This document shows, one piece after another, positions 25,906 through 39,109 of a DNA stretch of 64,000 bases. The notes beneath the pieces were generated by a model. That model had not been told where the DNA came from, did not search any database, and worked only from the letters and a program-made list of their open reading frames with translations. This DNA comes from Felis catus. Lineage: Eukaryota. Every line of letters begins with the position of its first letter. Positions within the stretch are counted from its first letter, which is position 1. Both the position numbers and the translations under genes were made by a program. The stretch covers positions 21,330,001 to 21,394,000 of the forward strand of contig NC_058368.1 in assembly GCF_018350175.1 (NCBI RefSeq). The letters run 5' to 3'.

Positions 25906-27780
25906 AAAATTCCACATTAGCTTTGCTGAAATAAAATGCGGGCCTTTTAATTGAATATGTTGAATAAATGCAAATAATTTCAAGCAAAAAAAAATTTTTT
26001 TCAAGCAAAAAAGATGTGATTCATCCGACCACACTGCAAAAATCACATATATGAATTAAGTTTATTCTTCTAGTGAAACATAATCCAGTGCTTTCCCATC
26101 ATATAATACTATCTTACCTAAAGAACATTGACAAAGTAGCATTTTGAATTTTTTTGTTTTCCATGTTTCTTAACCAAAGTTCTCTCCTTGAAGTCTGTAT
26201 TTGTGGTGGTGGTAATGGGGGCGGGGCGGGCAGTGGTGCCTATGTAGGCACATTTGCTGCCTCTGTAGACAAGTGCTCAGACTTGAAAATGTTAACTAAT
26301 TTCATTTTCTTGATAAAGTTTGTGACCAGAACTGAGTCATACCAAAAATACCTCTACAAGATTTGACCTTTTACTTAAATCCCACATTGAGATAATACAC
26401 TTAAAATGGTTATCAATAAGACCTTTGTTCTTAAAAGCACATTTAAAATAAATCACTTTTTAAAAGAAGAAAACTGTTTTCAATTAAGTTCTTTACAGGC
26501 AATCAGATTGAAAGTTATGTTTGCCCTTTTATTTTCTTTATACATAAATTACACCCAAGAGGCCATGATAATAGCACTATACAAACTTTGCTTTACCTTT
26601 GTATTTACTTCTTGTCAAAATAAGCTCTACAAATTAATTTGTTTTTAGAGTGCTTTATGACCAATAAGCCCCAGGGTGAAAACAATGCAGGCAGTAACCA
26701 TTTTTTATTGTTCACAAAAAAAAAAACAAAAAAAAAACAAAACCTAGTCCAATTGTATAAGGATAAGTGATTCTTAATTCCTTTTGATGAAGAGTTTACT
26801 TGTAGTAGAAAGATTTCACTCAATTCTAATAATGTTTTATCATTTTGAAAAGTTTTAAAAACAGACTTTTTGCTTGAGTTCCCTGAGCAAGGTGAACCTT
26901 CAGTAATACCTGCATAGGACTAACAACTAGGCTTGGCCTCCTGTATGTTTTAACTACCTAACTAACATTGTCATTGAACTTCTGTTTGCCCCATAAAACG
27001 CTGAAAGCTTACTACATAGATATATAATCTGAAAAGTATTAATTCTGAAATATATTTCCCTTACTTCTCAAATTTCCTATTTTTTCCCTTTTGGTGTGGC
27101 CCTCCATCCCATCCATGTTAAAGGCTTTTTTACGAGGGGCAGATTTTGCATTTTCCTTAGTGAGTTATTATTAACGTCCTAGAGGGGGAAAATTCTTATC
27201 TTAGCAAGCAGAAGTCTGGAAGAAAATTAATTTGGTAATGAAGTAATTTTATATATAGGTATTTATTTTTATGTATTTAGTTGATATATAAATTTAATCC
27301 ATAAAATGAGCTTGCTACTTCTCAAATTAGCTACAATAAGTGAAAGATTTTAAAATTGGATCTCATGGGGTATTTGTTAAATTACTCCTCCTCTACCTCT
27401 CCCACTATAGCCTATATAGGTTAACACAGGATGAGACCCCAGAGCCCAAAGTAGGATTGGAAGAGATGTCTGTTCCCCAAACTTAGCAATGAGAAGAGTT
27501 AGAGAAGAGTTCAGGGATTTGAAGAAGCTGAAAATTTCATCAATGCAAAAGGGCAAACACAAGGCTGGAAAGGAAAGACATAGGCCAAGTTTGATATGCT
27601 TTGGGAGTGAAGAACGGGAGATGGGAATAAAAAACAGTCCAGAATAGGCTCTGGAACAAGGAGGGCACGCTCATACCAGTCTTGAACCTTTGAGGGAAGG
27701 ACAAGGATGGAAGAAGGTTCAGGTGACCAAGCAGGGAGTCTGATTTGAAGCGACAAGGAACAATGATAAGAATGGCCATA

Positions 27781-30556
27781 AGACAAAGATTCCACTCAAA
27801 CAGAGAACTATCAAGCAATATTCCTGATGAACAGAGATGCAAAAATCCTCAATAAAATACTAGCAAACCAAATTCAACAATATATTAAAAGAGTATTCAC
27901 CACAATCAAGTGGGATCTATTCCTGGGTTGCAAGTGTGGTTCAATATTCACAAATCAAATCAATCAGTCGATGTGATACACATCACATCAATGAGAAAAA
28001 GGACAAGAACCGATTATCATTTCAATAGTTACAAAAAAAAAAAAAAACATGTGACAAAGTACAGCACCCATTGATTGTAAAAACCCTCAATAAGGTAGGT
28101 TTAGAGGAAACATACCTCAACACAATAAAGTCCATCTATGAAAAATCCACAGCTAACATCATCCTTAATGGGGAAAACCTGAGACCTTTTCCCTTAAGGT
28201 CTGGAACAAGACAAGGATGTCCACTCTCACCACTTTTATTCAACATAGTCCTAGATGTCCTAGCCACAGCAATCAGACAACAAAAAGAAATAAAAGGCAT
28301 TCAAATTGGTAAAGAAGAAGTAAAACTTTCACTCTATACAGATGACATGATACTATATGTAGAAAAACCTAAAGACTCTACCAAAAACTGCTAGAACTAA
28401 TAAATGAATTCAGTAAAGCCACAGGATACCAAATCAATCTACAAAAATCTGTTTCATTGCTATACACTGAAGCAGCAGAAAGAGAAATTAAGAAAACGAT
28501 GCCACTTACAACTGCACCCAAAATAATAAGAATCCTAGGAATACACCTAACCAAAGAGGTGAAAGGCTGAAAACTATAAGACACTGATGAAAGAAACTGA
28601 AGATGACACAAAGAAATGGAAAGACGTTCCATGCTCATGGATTGGAAGCACACATACTGTTAAAATGGCTATATTACCCAAAGCAATCCACATGTGTAAT
28701 GCAATCCCTATCAAAATACCAACATTTTTCACACAACTAGAACAAGCAATCCTAAAATACGTATGGAACTACAAAAGACCCCAAAGAGTCAAACCAATCT
28801 TGTAAAAGAAAAAACAAAGCTGGGGGCATCATAATTCCAGTCTTCAGGTTATATTACAAAGCTGTAGTAATCAAAACATTATGGTACTGGCACAAAAACA
28901 GACACATAGATCAATAGACCAGAATAGAAAATCCAGAAATAAACCCACATTTATATGGTTAATTAATCTTCGACAAAGCAGGAAAGAATGGGAAAAAGTC
29001 TCTTCAATAAATGATGTTGGGGAAACTGGACAGCAACATGCAGAAGAATGAAACCACTTTTTACACCATACACAAAAATAAATTCAAAATGGATGAAAGA
29101 CCTAAGTGTGAGACCTGAAACTATAAAAATCCTAGACGAGAACACAGGCAGTAACTTCTTTGACATCAGCCATCGCAAATTCTTTCTAGATATGTCTCCT
29201 GAGGAAAGGGGAACAAAAGCAAAAATTAACTTCTGGGACTACATCAAAATAAAAAGCTTCTGTACAGCAAAGAAATAATCAACAAAACTAAAAGGCAACC
29301 TACTGAATGGGAGAAGATATCTGCAAAAGACCTATCAGATAAAGGGTGACTATCCAAAATATAGAGAACTTATAAAACTGAACATCCAAAAAAGAAACAA
29401 TCCAACTGAAAAATGGGCAGAAGGCATGAACAGACATTTCTCCAAAGAAGATATACAGATGGCCAACAGACACATGAAAAGATGTTCATCATCACTTATC
29501 ATCAGGGAAATGCAAATCAAAACCAATATGAGATATCACCTCACACCTATCAGAGTGGCTAAAATCAACAACACAAGAAACAACAGGTGTTCACAAGGAT
29601 GTAGAGAAGAAGAAACACTTGTGCACTATTGGTGGGAATGCAAACTGGTGCAGCCACTGTGGAAAACAGTATGGAGGTTCCTCAAAAAGTTAAACATAGG
29701 ACTAACTACATTATGATACAGCAATCGCACTACCAGGTATTTACCCAAAGAATACAGGAACACTAATTTAAAGGGGTACATGCAACTCTATGTTTATAGC
29801 AGCATTAATTTCAATAGCCAAGATACACAAGCAGCCTGAGTTTCCATTGATTGATGAATGGATAAAGATGTGATGTATATGTGTGTATACACACACACAC
29901 ACACACACAACCACGCTGGAATATTATTCAGCTATAAAAAAGAATGATATTTTGGAGCACCTGCGTGGCTCAGTTAAGCGTCCAACTTTGGCTCAGGTCA
30001 TAATCTGGGGGTTTGTGGGTTTGAGCCCCAAGTCAGGCTCTGTGCTGACAGCTCAGAGCCTGAAACTTGCTTCAGATTCTGTGTCTCCCTCTCTGTCTGC
30101 CCCTCCCCTGCTCACCCTCTCTCTGTTTCTCAACAAAAAATAAATGTTAAAATTTTAAATGTTAAAAAAAATTTTTTTAAGAATGAAATTTTGCCCTTTT
30201 TGTGACAAGATGGATGGAGCTAGAGAGTATAATGCTAAGGGAAATAAGCCAGTCAGAGAAAGACAAACACCATATGATTTCACTCATATGTGGAATTTAA
30301 GAAACAATACAAACAAGCAAAGGGAAAAACAGGAGAGAAAGAGAGAGACAAAGCAAGAAATAGACTTTTATTTATAGAAAGCACACTGATGGTTACCAGA
30401 AGGGAGGTGGGTGGAGGGATGGGTTACATAGGTGATGGGAATTAGAGAGTGCACTCGTGATGAGCACCAGGTGATGCATGAAACTGTTGAATTACTATAT
30501 TGTACAACTGAAATTAATATAACACAGTATGTTGACTAACTGGAATTAAAAACTTA
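27781..30556 (+). mobile_element. 5'-truncated carnivore L1 (ORF2 RT to 3'UTR), inactive
   Basis: ORF fragments [64 protein letters not shown]; frameshifts and stops; degenerate TSD aagaatggccata / aaaattgtccata. Confidence 0.96.
29954..30178 (+). mobile_element. Can-SINE inside L1
   Basis: TSD aagaatgatatttt / aagaatgaaatttt. Confidence 0.93.
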
Positions 30557-31003
30557 AAATTGTCCATAGACTTCAGGTAAAATCAGTATTTCTCTTGAGT
30601 CTTTCCTTTTGGGCCAGTTACCGGACCAGAGATCTCTGAGAAAGTTCCCCACAGAAGTAACACCATTACAGCATATGTTTTCTCCCAGTTAATTGGATTA
30701 AACCATTAGGAGCTGAGTCTCCATGCCTCTTATATAAGCCTCTTTCTGTGAGAAAGAGCCTCCTACCCAGAAGGCCCATCCCACCTACCAGATATTTCCC
30801 TGTGATATGGCCCAAATAACCACCAATTGGATCACCTGTAATCTGCCCACAGAATTCTTGCTCAGTCAAATTCTCAGGTGAAGAAAAGTTGATAATCCAA
30901 AACCCAACAGGCATCATATTGAGGTGAGTCAGCTCAAGCAGGCTTCTCTGAGACAATCCATGTTAGCTGAAGCTAATGGGGAAAAAAAGCCACAAGATTT
31001 CTT

Positions 31004-31124
31004 CTTCTTTTTTTTCTTTTAACTATGGAATGCTTCACAAATCTGCGGTCACCCCTGCTCAGGGGCCCTACTAGTCTTCTCTTCATCGTTACCATTTTAG
31101 TACATGTGCTGCCAAAGTGAGCAC
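31004..31124 (-). pseudogene. RNU6 pseudogene: U6 snRNA processed pseudogene, full length with A tail
   Basis: Minus strand gtgctcactttggcagcacatgtactaaaatggtaacgatgaagagaagactagtagggcccctgagcaggggtgaccgcagatttgtgaagcattccatag aligns end to end with U6; A-rich tail; TSD aagccacaagatttctt (30987-31003) / aagcacaggatttctt (31125-31140). Confidence 0.95.
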
Positions 31125-31525
31125 AAGCACAGGATTTCTTTAAGCTATCATTCAGGCAAAAATTCTAACTGTTCCTTTTGAGGTGGGTAGACCGTTTTGA
31201 TTTCATGGAATATGAATATGAACACCTTCTTTAGGAAAAAAAAATCATTTCTTACAGAACAGAGAATGTTCTATCATTTCTTGCTGCCAAAGACAGCAAT
31301 ATAAAGTATATACCCTAAGTTGTTAAATAAAGTAGAAGGAAAATGATCTACAGATTAATATAACTTCTTGAGAAAAACACTGGCAAAAAATAATCTTGTT
31401 AAAATTTTCTCATGCCTTTCCTTTCGCTGAATTCTAGAAGCATGATCACGTCCATCAAGTAATAGCCATATATATAAATGGAAATTGAATGGTAAATTAT
31501 ATGTTCCTACATCCTTCGTGAGTAC

Positions 31526-32040
31526 TGTGATGGATAAATTTATGGGTCAACTTGATGAGGCCACGGAGTGCCCAGATAGTTACTCAAATATTATTCTGGG
31601 TGTGTCTATGCGGGTGTTTCTGGAAGAGATTAACATTTGAATTGATAGACCTGGTAAAGCAGATAGTCCTGGCTACTGTGGGTGAGCCTCATTCAATCAG
31701 TAGAAGGCCAGAATAGAACAAAAGGACTGAGTAAGAGAGAATTTCTTCTGCCTGACTGCATTCAAGCTAGGACATCAGTCTTTCTCCTGCCTTCAGACCT
31801 GAACTAAAACATCAGTTTTTACTGAGTCTTGAGCCTTCAGAATGGAACTACACCAATGGATCTGCTGAGTCTCCAGTTTGCCAACTCACCCTACAGATCT
31901 TGGAATTTGTCAGCCTCCCAACTGCCTGAGCCAATTCCTTATAACAAATCTCTTTATAGATAGAGCAGGGATTGAGAGAGAGAGAGGAGAGAAACATATA
32001 CACACTCCATTGATTCTGTTTCTCTGGAGAACCTAATACA
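31526..32040 (+). mobile_element. ERVL solo LTR (MLT2-type)
   Basis: Starts tgtgatggataaatttatgggtcaacttga, ends ttctgtttctctggagaacctaataca (TG...CA). Confidence 0.88.
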
Positions 32041-35000
32041 GATGCTTGTATAAATTTAAGGCAAAGTTGCATAAAGAATAAAGATATACCAAGAAGATTT
32101 AGTTGTTTCCCTCTCCCCCCAGACCACAGCCATATGTCCTGCTCTGGTAGTAACTCAAAGAATCGTCTGAGATAAAAGTCACACCCAGACTAAAAATGAA
32201 CTAGCCACAGCCACCACCACCGCCATCATTCAGTTAGAGCAATTTACCTCTAAATCCATCACATTTATATTGCCTTCTGGAAGCAAGCCATTACAAAGGG
32301 GAGACCAAGAGGGGAAGTGAGGAGTATTACTTCGGGCCTGCTGTTTGTTATACATACTGTAACTGTACCTGCATACATACCTCCCCTTATTGTGGCCCCA
32401 CTGACTTAGTGAGAGTGAAGGCAGATTGGCCTGGTTGTGAGGGTCTTAGACAACTTGACCGAATATATTATATCAGTGTGAGAGCAAGCAATATGTCCCA
32501 CGCCAAGATTAAAGAGTAAATAAAAGCAAAACTTTCATACTGCTATGAAGATTTTAGTCACCAGAATTCCGGGGCAAGAGTAGCTTATGCTTACAAGAAA
32601 TATCACCAGCGCTAGACAGTACATGTTCCAGAAGACTGCATACACCAAAGAAAGTCAGTATGTGATGTGTGAGGGCTCAGAATGGGAGAGCCACCCACAA
32701 GTGCACTCTAAGCAGAGCAAGAGGGAGCTTTTCGCTCTCACTTTTGCCATGAGTGGGAGGCTGGCAAAAAAAGAAAGAAAGAAGTGTAAAGGGAATTTTT
32801 AGGAAGATTTCTGTATGCTTTCACTATGTGAAATCCCTCTCTGAAATCCCATAAAAATAAAACTTAAGAATAAATATTTACATTATTCTTCAAGGTTTCT
32901 CAAGCTGGACTGTTGCTGAATGTTGCACTTAAGTGAGATTCAACCCGTACAAGGAAGCCTGGATTTGTGTGAGTTTCATTGCATTTAAACAAAGCCCATC
33001 TTCAGGTTTCAACATCTTTCTCAATCCCAGTCAGGGCAGACATTTCCTATTACTATAACAATTTACAATCCACGATAAATAGTGCAGGCCATTATCAAGA
33101 ACAGTAGGATTGAGCTTTGGTGGTTTGGGTGTTTATCTTCAGAGATCTTAGCCTATTCTTATGAATCTTAGTGTCCTGTGGCACACAGCACCCATCAACC
33201 AACTCAAAAACTCAAATTGGGGTGTGTCCAACATTTTCACTCCAGGTATGGTTTAAGTTTCCTCCATAATGTCCCAGATCAACAGCAGCTTACAAAGACC
33301 CTCTATAGTAAATGTGGAGAAGGCAACAAATACCAGCTCAAACTATGTCCTCACTACCTAAGAAGCCAAGAGATCATTTTAAATTAGAAAAATAATGCAG
33401 AATGTTATCAGAATGTGAATTATTTATCACAAAAGGAACCATACAGACAAATCAGACACTACTGTGGTATATTATCTTAGGTGACAGAGTCTAAAGTCAG
33501 CACTTAGGGCTAAAATTACATATCATCAAAATTATCCTTAAAAATCCCTATGTCAGAGATATACAGTCTCTCAGTTCAGTCCAATACATCCAAATTTTCC
33601 TGCAAAAGTAGAACAGATAACCATGGCTTTGGTTGAGACCAGGGACCTAACTTCCCTGTAGAGACTGTGTGGTAACCACAATCTGTTGTACAATCGATAT
33701 TAGAATCGCATTCGGCACAATGAAAAGTTCACAGCATGAGCAGCACGTGGGAACTAAAACAACGAAGGGAACAGCAGGTTTTCTATCGTCTTCTGTGTAT
33801 CCCAAGGCAAACACTTACTGGTTGCAGCAGAAAACAAAATTTCCCAAGCATAAGTGTTATCTGTTTAAGCCACGCCTACATTTGATAGGATTCCACTCTA
33901 TTCAGAAGAAAAAAAAAAACACAATAGGAAAGAAGACACTTCAAAGTGGTGAACTTCACCCTGTGACTAAAGACTCAGTGTCATTCATTCTAAATCTGTT
34001 TGAATATTTAGCCACACCAGCGAATATATTTGGCTGCAAGTCCAAAAGATACCAATTTTTCCTTGGATTCTCAGAATTATCCTAAAGGTGGAGAAAGGAA
34101 AAACTGCCTGCAGAGTAGACACTGCCCCAGAGGAGTTTAAGAAAATATCTAAGTAAACCACAGTCTGTTTTCCACTGACTTAACAGATAGTTGTGGCCAT
34201 ATGAAAGCCAGAAATGACAATGGTAACAGACACAAACCGTGTTCTGTAAAGCTAAGAAGTTAGAGGAGGACACTTCCACATTTCCAGAGTCAAGAGCATG
34301 CAATTCATCCAAAGGATGCTGGAATAAAGATATGTGGCGTGAACACAGCCTATTTTCAACCCTTTCACTTAGAACATATTAGAAACCCAACCTGGACACC
34401 GAAGAGTCAGTATTCCATGAATGTCTTTTGACCACCTATGACAATCCCATCTATCCAAGCATCAGGGCAGCACAGCAGAGGCAGGTGTCTACGTCTGCAG
34501 TTGGTTCTGAAGCCTCCTCAGTCTATGACCTTTAACTGCCATCAGCCCTGTCCTGACTGATAACGTGACTCTCAGACTAGCCCTTGTCTTTTCCCCTAGT
34601 TAGAGAAGAAAGCGCAGGGCAGCAATGGGATGGAGAGAGCAGGTGAAGCATCAAGGAGAGTAACTAGAGATGAAAGTTGTCACCAGGGAGGCCGAGCTGA
34701 GAATAGCATGACTGCCACCCTCTTCGGCCTTCATCTGCTCATTCAACAAAGACTGACCGCGTGTCTAATATTTGCACAGCATTCTGTTGGGCATTTCTCA
34801 TCCAGCCATTTTTGTTGAGGCTCACTGCTTCACTGGGTGAGAGAGCCTCCGCTTTTCCCTACAGCGGGTTGCACTTCTTACCCCACCTCCACGCAGTCAG
34901 AGGGTCCTGGCCCTGGAGGCAATAAGGAGAAGAGAAGAATCTGGCACAGCTGTAGGCTAGGAGAACTGCCTCAAATATGGTCAGCTTCCAAAATCAAAGC

Positions 35001-36808
35001 AGGGACTGGGTTCATGCAGTGTTCAAACAACGTAAAACAACGCCTTATTTTCACTGCAGGTCCCTGGAGGGACATGTTTAGAACAGAAACTTGAGAACAC
35101 TTGGATTATTCACTAGAGCTTAAAAAGGGAAGCCAGTGAGGGTAATTTATAGTATTACAAGAGATTTTCGAGTTCAGAGATCGAGGAATCTTGATCTGTA
35201 AGATTGAATCTGTAAGATTTCAACGCAAGTTAATATAAAGCAAGGGGTGTGTGTGGTGAGGCCGGCTGAGGATCCATTTCATCCTCTGGTGGAAGAAAGA
35301 TGCCTGTAGTCCAGTTTCCCTTTCCCAAAAAGACCTTATTCTGCCTGTGGTTAAGCAGTTGAAGAAAACATTGTTCCAAAGCCACAGAATTCATCTTTTC
35401 CTTGATCTAGCAAAAAGGTGCCCATCTGTGACAATGCAGATTTGGGCAGTCACAAAACAAGATCACAGACAAGGGAATCCCAGCCACTATTTCCCAAAAG
35501 CTGTCCTCACGACTGAGCCTAGGGGCTGTGCTCTCCTTGACATTGTTTATTGATCTTTCTTTTCTGTCAAAAACTGCATCTATTAAAGGGGGGGGGGGAG
35601 TAACAATGAGCCCCCACAAGCCAATGTCCTGATACAGCTGTACCTTCATGAGACAAAGCTCGGAGAAGATAATTTAAAAAGTACCCAGATAGGACTGCAA
35701 GCAAGGGAGAAACAGAAAGACAACTCCTTTCTCACCTCAGTTAATGTTTTCTTCAAAGAACACCTCTTTCAAGCAGTCTTGTTATTTATCTCATTAAATG
35801 AAGCAATAAACCACACTAACACCATAAAAGCATGGCGCAGAATAATTTACATTACTGTTATTCCATCGCCTTGATTCTGATTAGGAAGGATAAGTTTTAC
35901 TGGTATGAGCACTGAGCAGGACTGCGTTAGTACTGAAAACTAGAAAGGGGGCATCCACTTCCCACCCCCACACACAATTCCTTTCCACACACCTGTACGA
36001 AAGTGAACATAACACACCCTGACAGAGTGCCACCCGCACACCTTTACATGGAGGAAGAGGGCCAAAAGGTGGGCAGTCAGGTGAAAAGCACCAGAGGGCT
36101 TCCCTCCCCGGTGGCTAAAACACCTGGCTGTGCCCTGCACGGTCACATAAGCGGAGGAGGGGACTTCTTGGCAGAGATGGCCCACGTGGAAAAATGCATC
36201 GCCTGGGGATAAAGGGCTCAATCATGACAGTCTAAGACCCTGCTTCTTCTTCCCTCTCTCCACCCTCGTTGCCCTAGGTTCTGGATCTCTGATACATCAC
36301 TGCAAATTTACATCAAATGTAGAAGTCCCCTTTTCCTATCATTTGAACCTGGAGGATTTGTGCAGTTCCCCATACCAATTTCTGATAAACCCCTCCTCAG
36401 CTCCTACTTCATTATAAGATAGTAAGCACACACATACCTTTGTCTGTGTATGAACAAATACAGTAAAAGCCTTTCTAGCCAAACTGCACTAAAGACTATG
36501 CATTTAACAGTACTCCCTATGTTCTCAGGAAAACACACCAGCTGATACCATGGCACCCTCGGTGCTCAGAGCCACCAGTCTCCTCTGTCATGTGCCCTCA
36601 GGCTTCTACTCCCACCAACCGCATGGTAGGCTTTCCAAAGGAGTCAAGCTGTGCCACTTGTAGTTATTATTGTAATTATATAATTCAATTAAGTATTTAC
36701 ATTATCTGATGAAATAGGACAACAGAGAGAGTTATATGTCCTTGAAAATACAAACTGGATTCTTTTAAAGAATCAATAAAGATGAGTTGCTATGAAAATC
36801 TGCTCTGA

Positions 36809-37017
36809 GGGGGGCCTGGGTGGCTTAGTGGGTTGAGCATCTGACTCTTGACTTTTGCCTCAGGTCATAATCTCACGGTCATGGGATCGACCTCTGCATC
36901 AGGCTCCATGCTGAGCCTGGAGCCTGCTTCACATTCTCTTTCTTTCTCTCCCTCTGACCCTATCCCCCACTTGTGCTCTCTCTTTCTCTCGAAAAGAAAA
37001 AAAGAAAGAAATAGGGA

Positions 37018-37089
<72 letters not shown>

Positions 37090-37204
37090 AAAGAGGAGAG
37101 GAAAGGAGAGGGAAGGGGAAGGGGAAGGGGAAGGGGAAGGAAAGGAAAGGAAAGGAAAGGAAAGGAAAGGAAAGGAAAGGAAAGGAAAGGAAAGGAAAGG
37201 AAAG
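36809..37204 (+). mobile_element. Can-SINE with tail expanded into (GAAA)n(GGGAA)n(GGAAA)n
   Basis: TSD aaatctgctct on both sides; tandem purine repeats at about 36990-37205. Confidence 0.93.
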
Positions 37205-37982
37205 GAAATCTGCTCTTAAATTGAATGTGAATGAGACAACTGTTCATGACAGGAAAGAATAATAAAAATACACAAGGATTCTGCATTCATTACAGCACAA
37301 GTGTCTTTAAGATCTTGCTCTTATTTTAAAAAAACTGAAACTGGAAATCATAGGTGATTCATTCTGAGTACAGTTTATGTAAGAGAGATGATTTGAATAA
37401 TCAGTTGGCCCATTTGCAAAGAAAATGCCTTGACCCTACGCTGAAACACTGGCTAATAGAATATACATTAATATGTTTTATTTTAAAAGATGTGTCTGTA
37501 TGATTTTCTATTATCTCCCAACTTCTCATGATTAACCAACCAACTATTGGTTCTGGTCAGGACACCACTAAAGACAAATCAACAGAGTTATCAAAAGATA
37601 TTATGGTTCAACTTAGAGAGGATAGACCTTGAAAAATAGAAGAAAATGCTTCCTCTGATTTATTACAAGAGAGAGAAGACATTTTGAAATTTTTTCAAAA
37701 CTGATTTGCCAAATGATAAGCCGCCTAATGACTAATTCAATGAATAACCAATTTACTGAGCAATCATCTGCCAAATACCTTACATTGGACAATCTGTCAA
37801 AGCCATTGCACCAGGTCAATGCAAGGGCACATTTAGGGACAGAAGCAACAGGGACAGAGGCAATGGTAATTAAGACAAAAATCAGTGTTAAAAACTTAAT
37901 CATTCTATAGAAAGTATTAAGTGTTTTAGGAATTCTCGGGGTCTACAATGTGAAACACAAAGTTGATATTAAACAGCATTTG

Positions 37983-38066
37983 ACAGGGGGTCTTTCTGCC
38001 CTCTGTCCCAGTGCTTTAATAAAAACAGGTTTTTGCACCAAAATAAAATTAAATTGAATTAAAAAA
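37983..38066 (+). pseudogene. Very short polyadenylated retrocopy of an unidentified transcript 3' end
   Basis: About 57-nt body with AATAAA (38018-38023), A-rich tail from about 38040, TSD taaacagcatttg / taaatagcatttg. Confidence 0.7.
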
Positions 38067-38454
38067 TAAATAGCATTTGGCCAAAATATATCTCCAAGAA
38101 AAGAGCTTCAGTGACACCAAGGCAAAAGTATTTTTTTAGAAAACCTCAGTATTTCGGCAAGTTCATCTTTTGACCAAATGATTAGTAGAGAATTAGTAAG
38201 TTGGTCACCAAATGATTTTTAGCAATTTCATATTGGGTGAAGTAGCTAGCTCCCAAGGTGAAAGGGGACAGCATTCTGGCATGAATGAAGGAATCACTTA
38301 GCTCTGAGGTCAGTTCCATGAGACAAGGGACCAGGTCATTTTGGTTTAATGCTGGATTGGTACCACTTCTCTCAGGGCCAACACATACCAGGCATTGAAA
38401 AAAATATTTGTTTCACGAACAAATGTTGAAGATTAATAATGGGCAATTAGATTA

Positions 38455-38674
38455 TTTTTTTAATTTTTTTCATGTTTATTCATTTATTTTGAGAGAGGGC
38501 ACACCCATGTGCAAGTGGGGAAGGGACAGAGAGAGAGGAAGAGAAAATCCCAAGCAGGCTCCACACCACCACCACAGAGTCAGACACATGGCCTGTACCC
38601 ACAAACTGTGAGATCATGACCCGAGCCAAAACCAAGAGTTGGATGCCCAACCAACAGAGCCACCCAGGCACCTC
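38455..38674 (-). mobile_element. Can-SINE
   Basis: Antisense body; degenerate TSD tgggcaat. Confidence 0.9.
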
Positions 38675-38781
38675 TGGGCAATAATATTCTATACAGAGCA
38701 CCAGACCCAGACAGGGGAGAGCTATGCACATTAGGCTATGAACACTGCACCTGATCCTACTAGTAAGAAGGAACTGATTGA

Positions 38782-39008
38782 GAGGACGCCTGAGTGGCCC
38801 AGTCGGTTAAGCGTCCAACTCTTGATTCTGGCTCAGGTCATGATCTCACAGTGGTGAGATCGAGCCTCAGGTCAGGCTCTGTGCTGAGCATGGAGCCTGC
38901 TTAAGATTCTCTCTCTCCCTCTCTCTGTCCATCCCCACTCACACACTCTCTCTTTCTCTCCCTCAAAAAAATAAAATCAAATAAAAAATCAAATCTTTAG
39001 AAAAAAGA
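38782..39008 (+). mobile_element. Can-SINE
   Basis: TSD aagaaggaactgattga / aagaaggaactcactga. Confidence 0.92.
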
Positions 39009-39109
39009 AAGAAGGAACTCACTGAAGACTTCTGAGCAGTCAAGTAATAAGACTAAAATAAGGTGTAGGAAGATTAATCCTTTGCAATTAGCAGAATATG
39101 TTAAAAGAG

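Noticed and set aside
26215..26232. Overlapping GC boxes ggggcggggcggg as a promoter
   Set aside because: Isolated motif with no CpG island or other promoter support.
28071..29716. RT-like ORFs as a functional reverse transcriptase or domesticated gene
   Set aside because: Fragments of a frameshifted, stop-containing, 5'-truncated L1 ORF2.
30878..30930. 46-nt + strand exon-like unit ending GAG|GTGAGT
   Set aside because: Poor acceptor, not frame-preserving and no partner exons.
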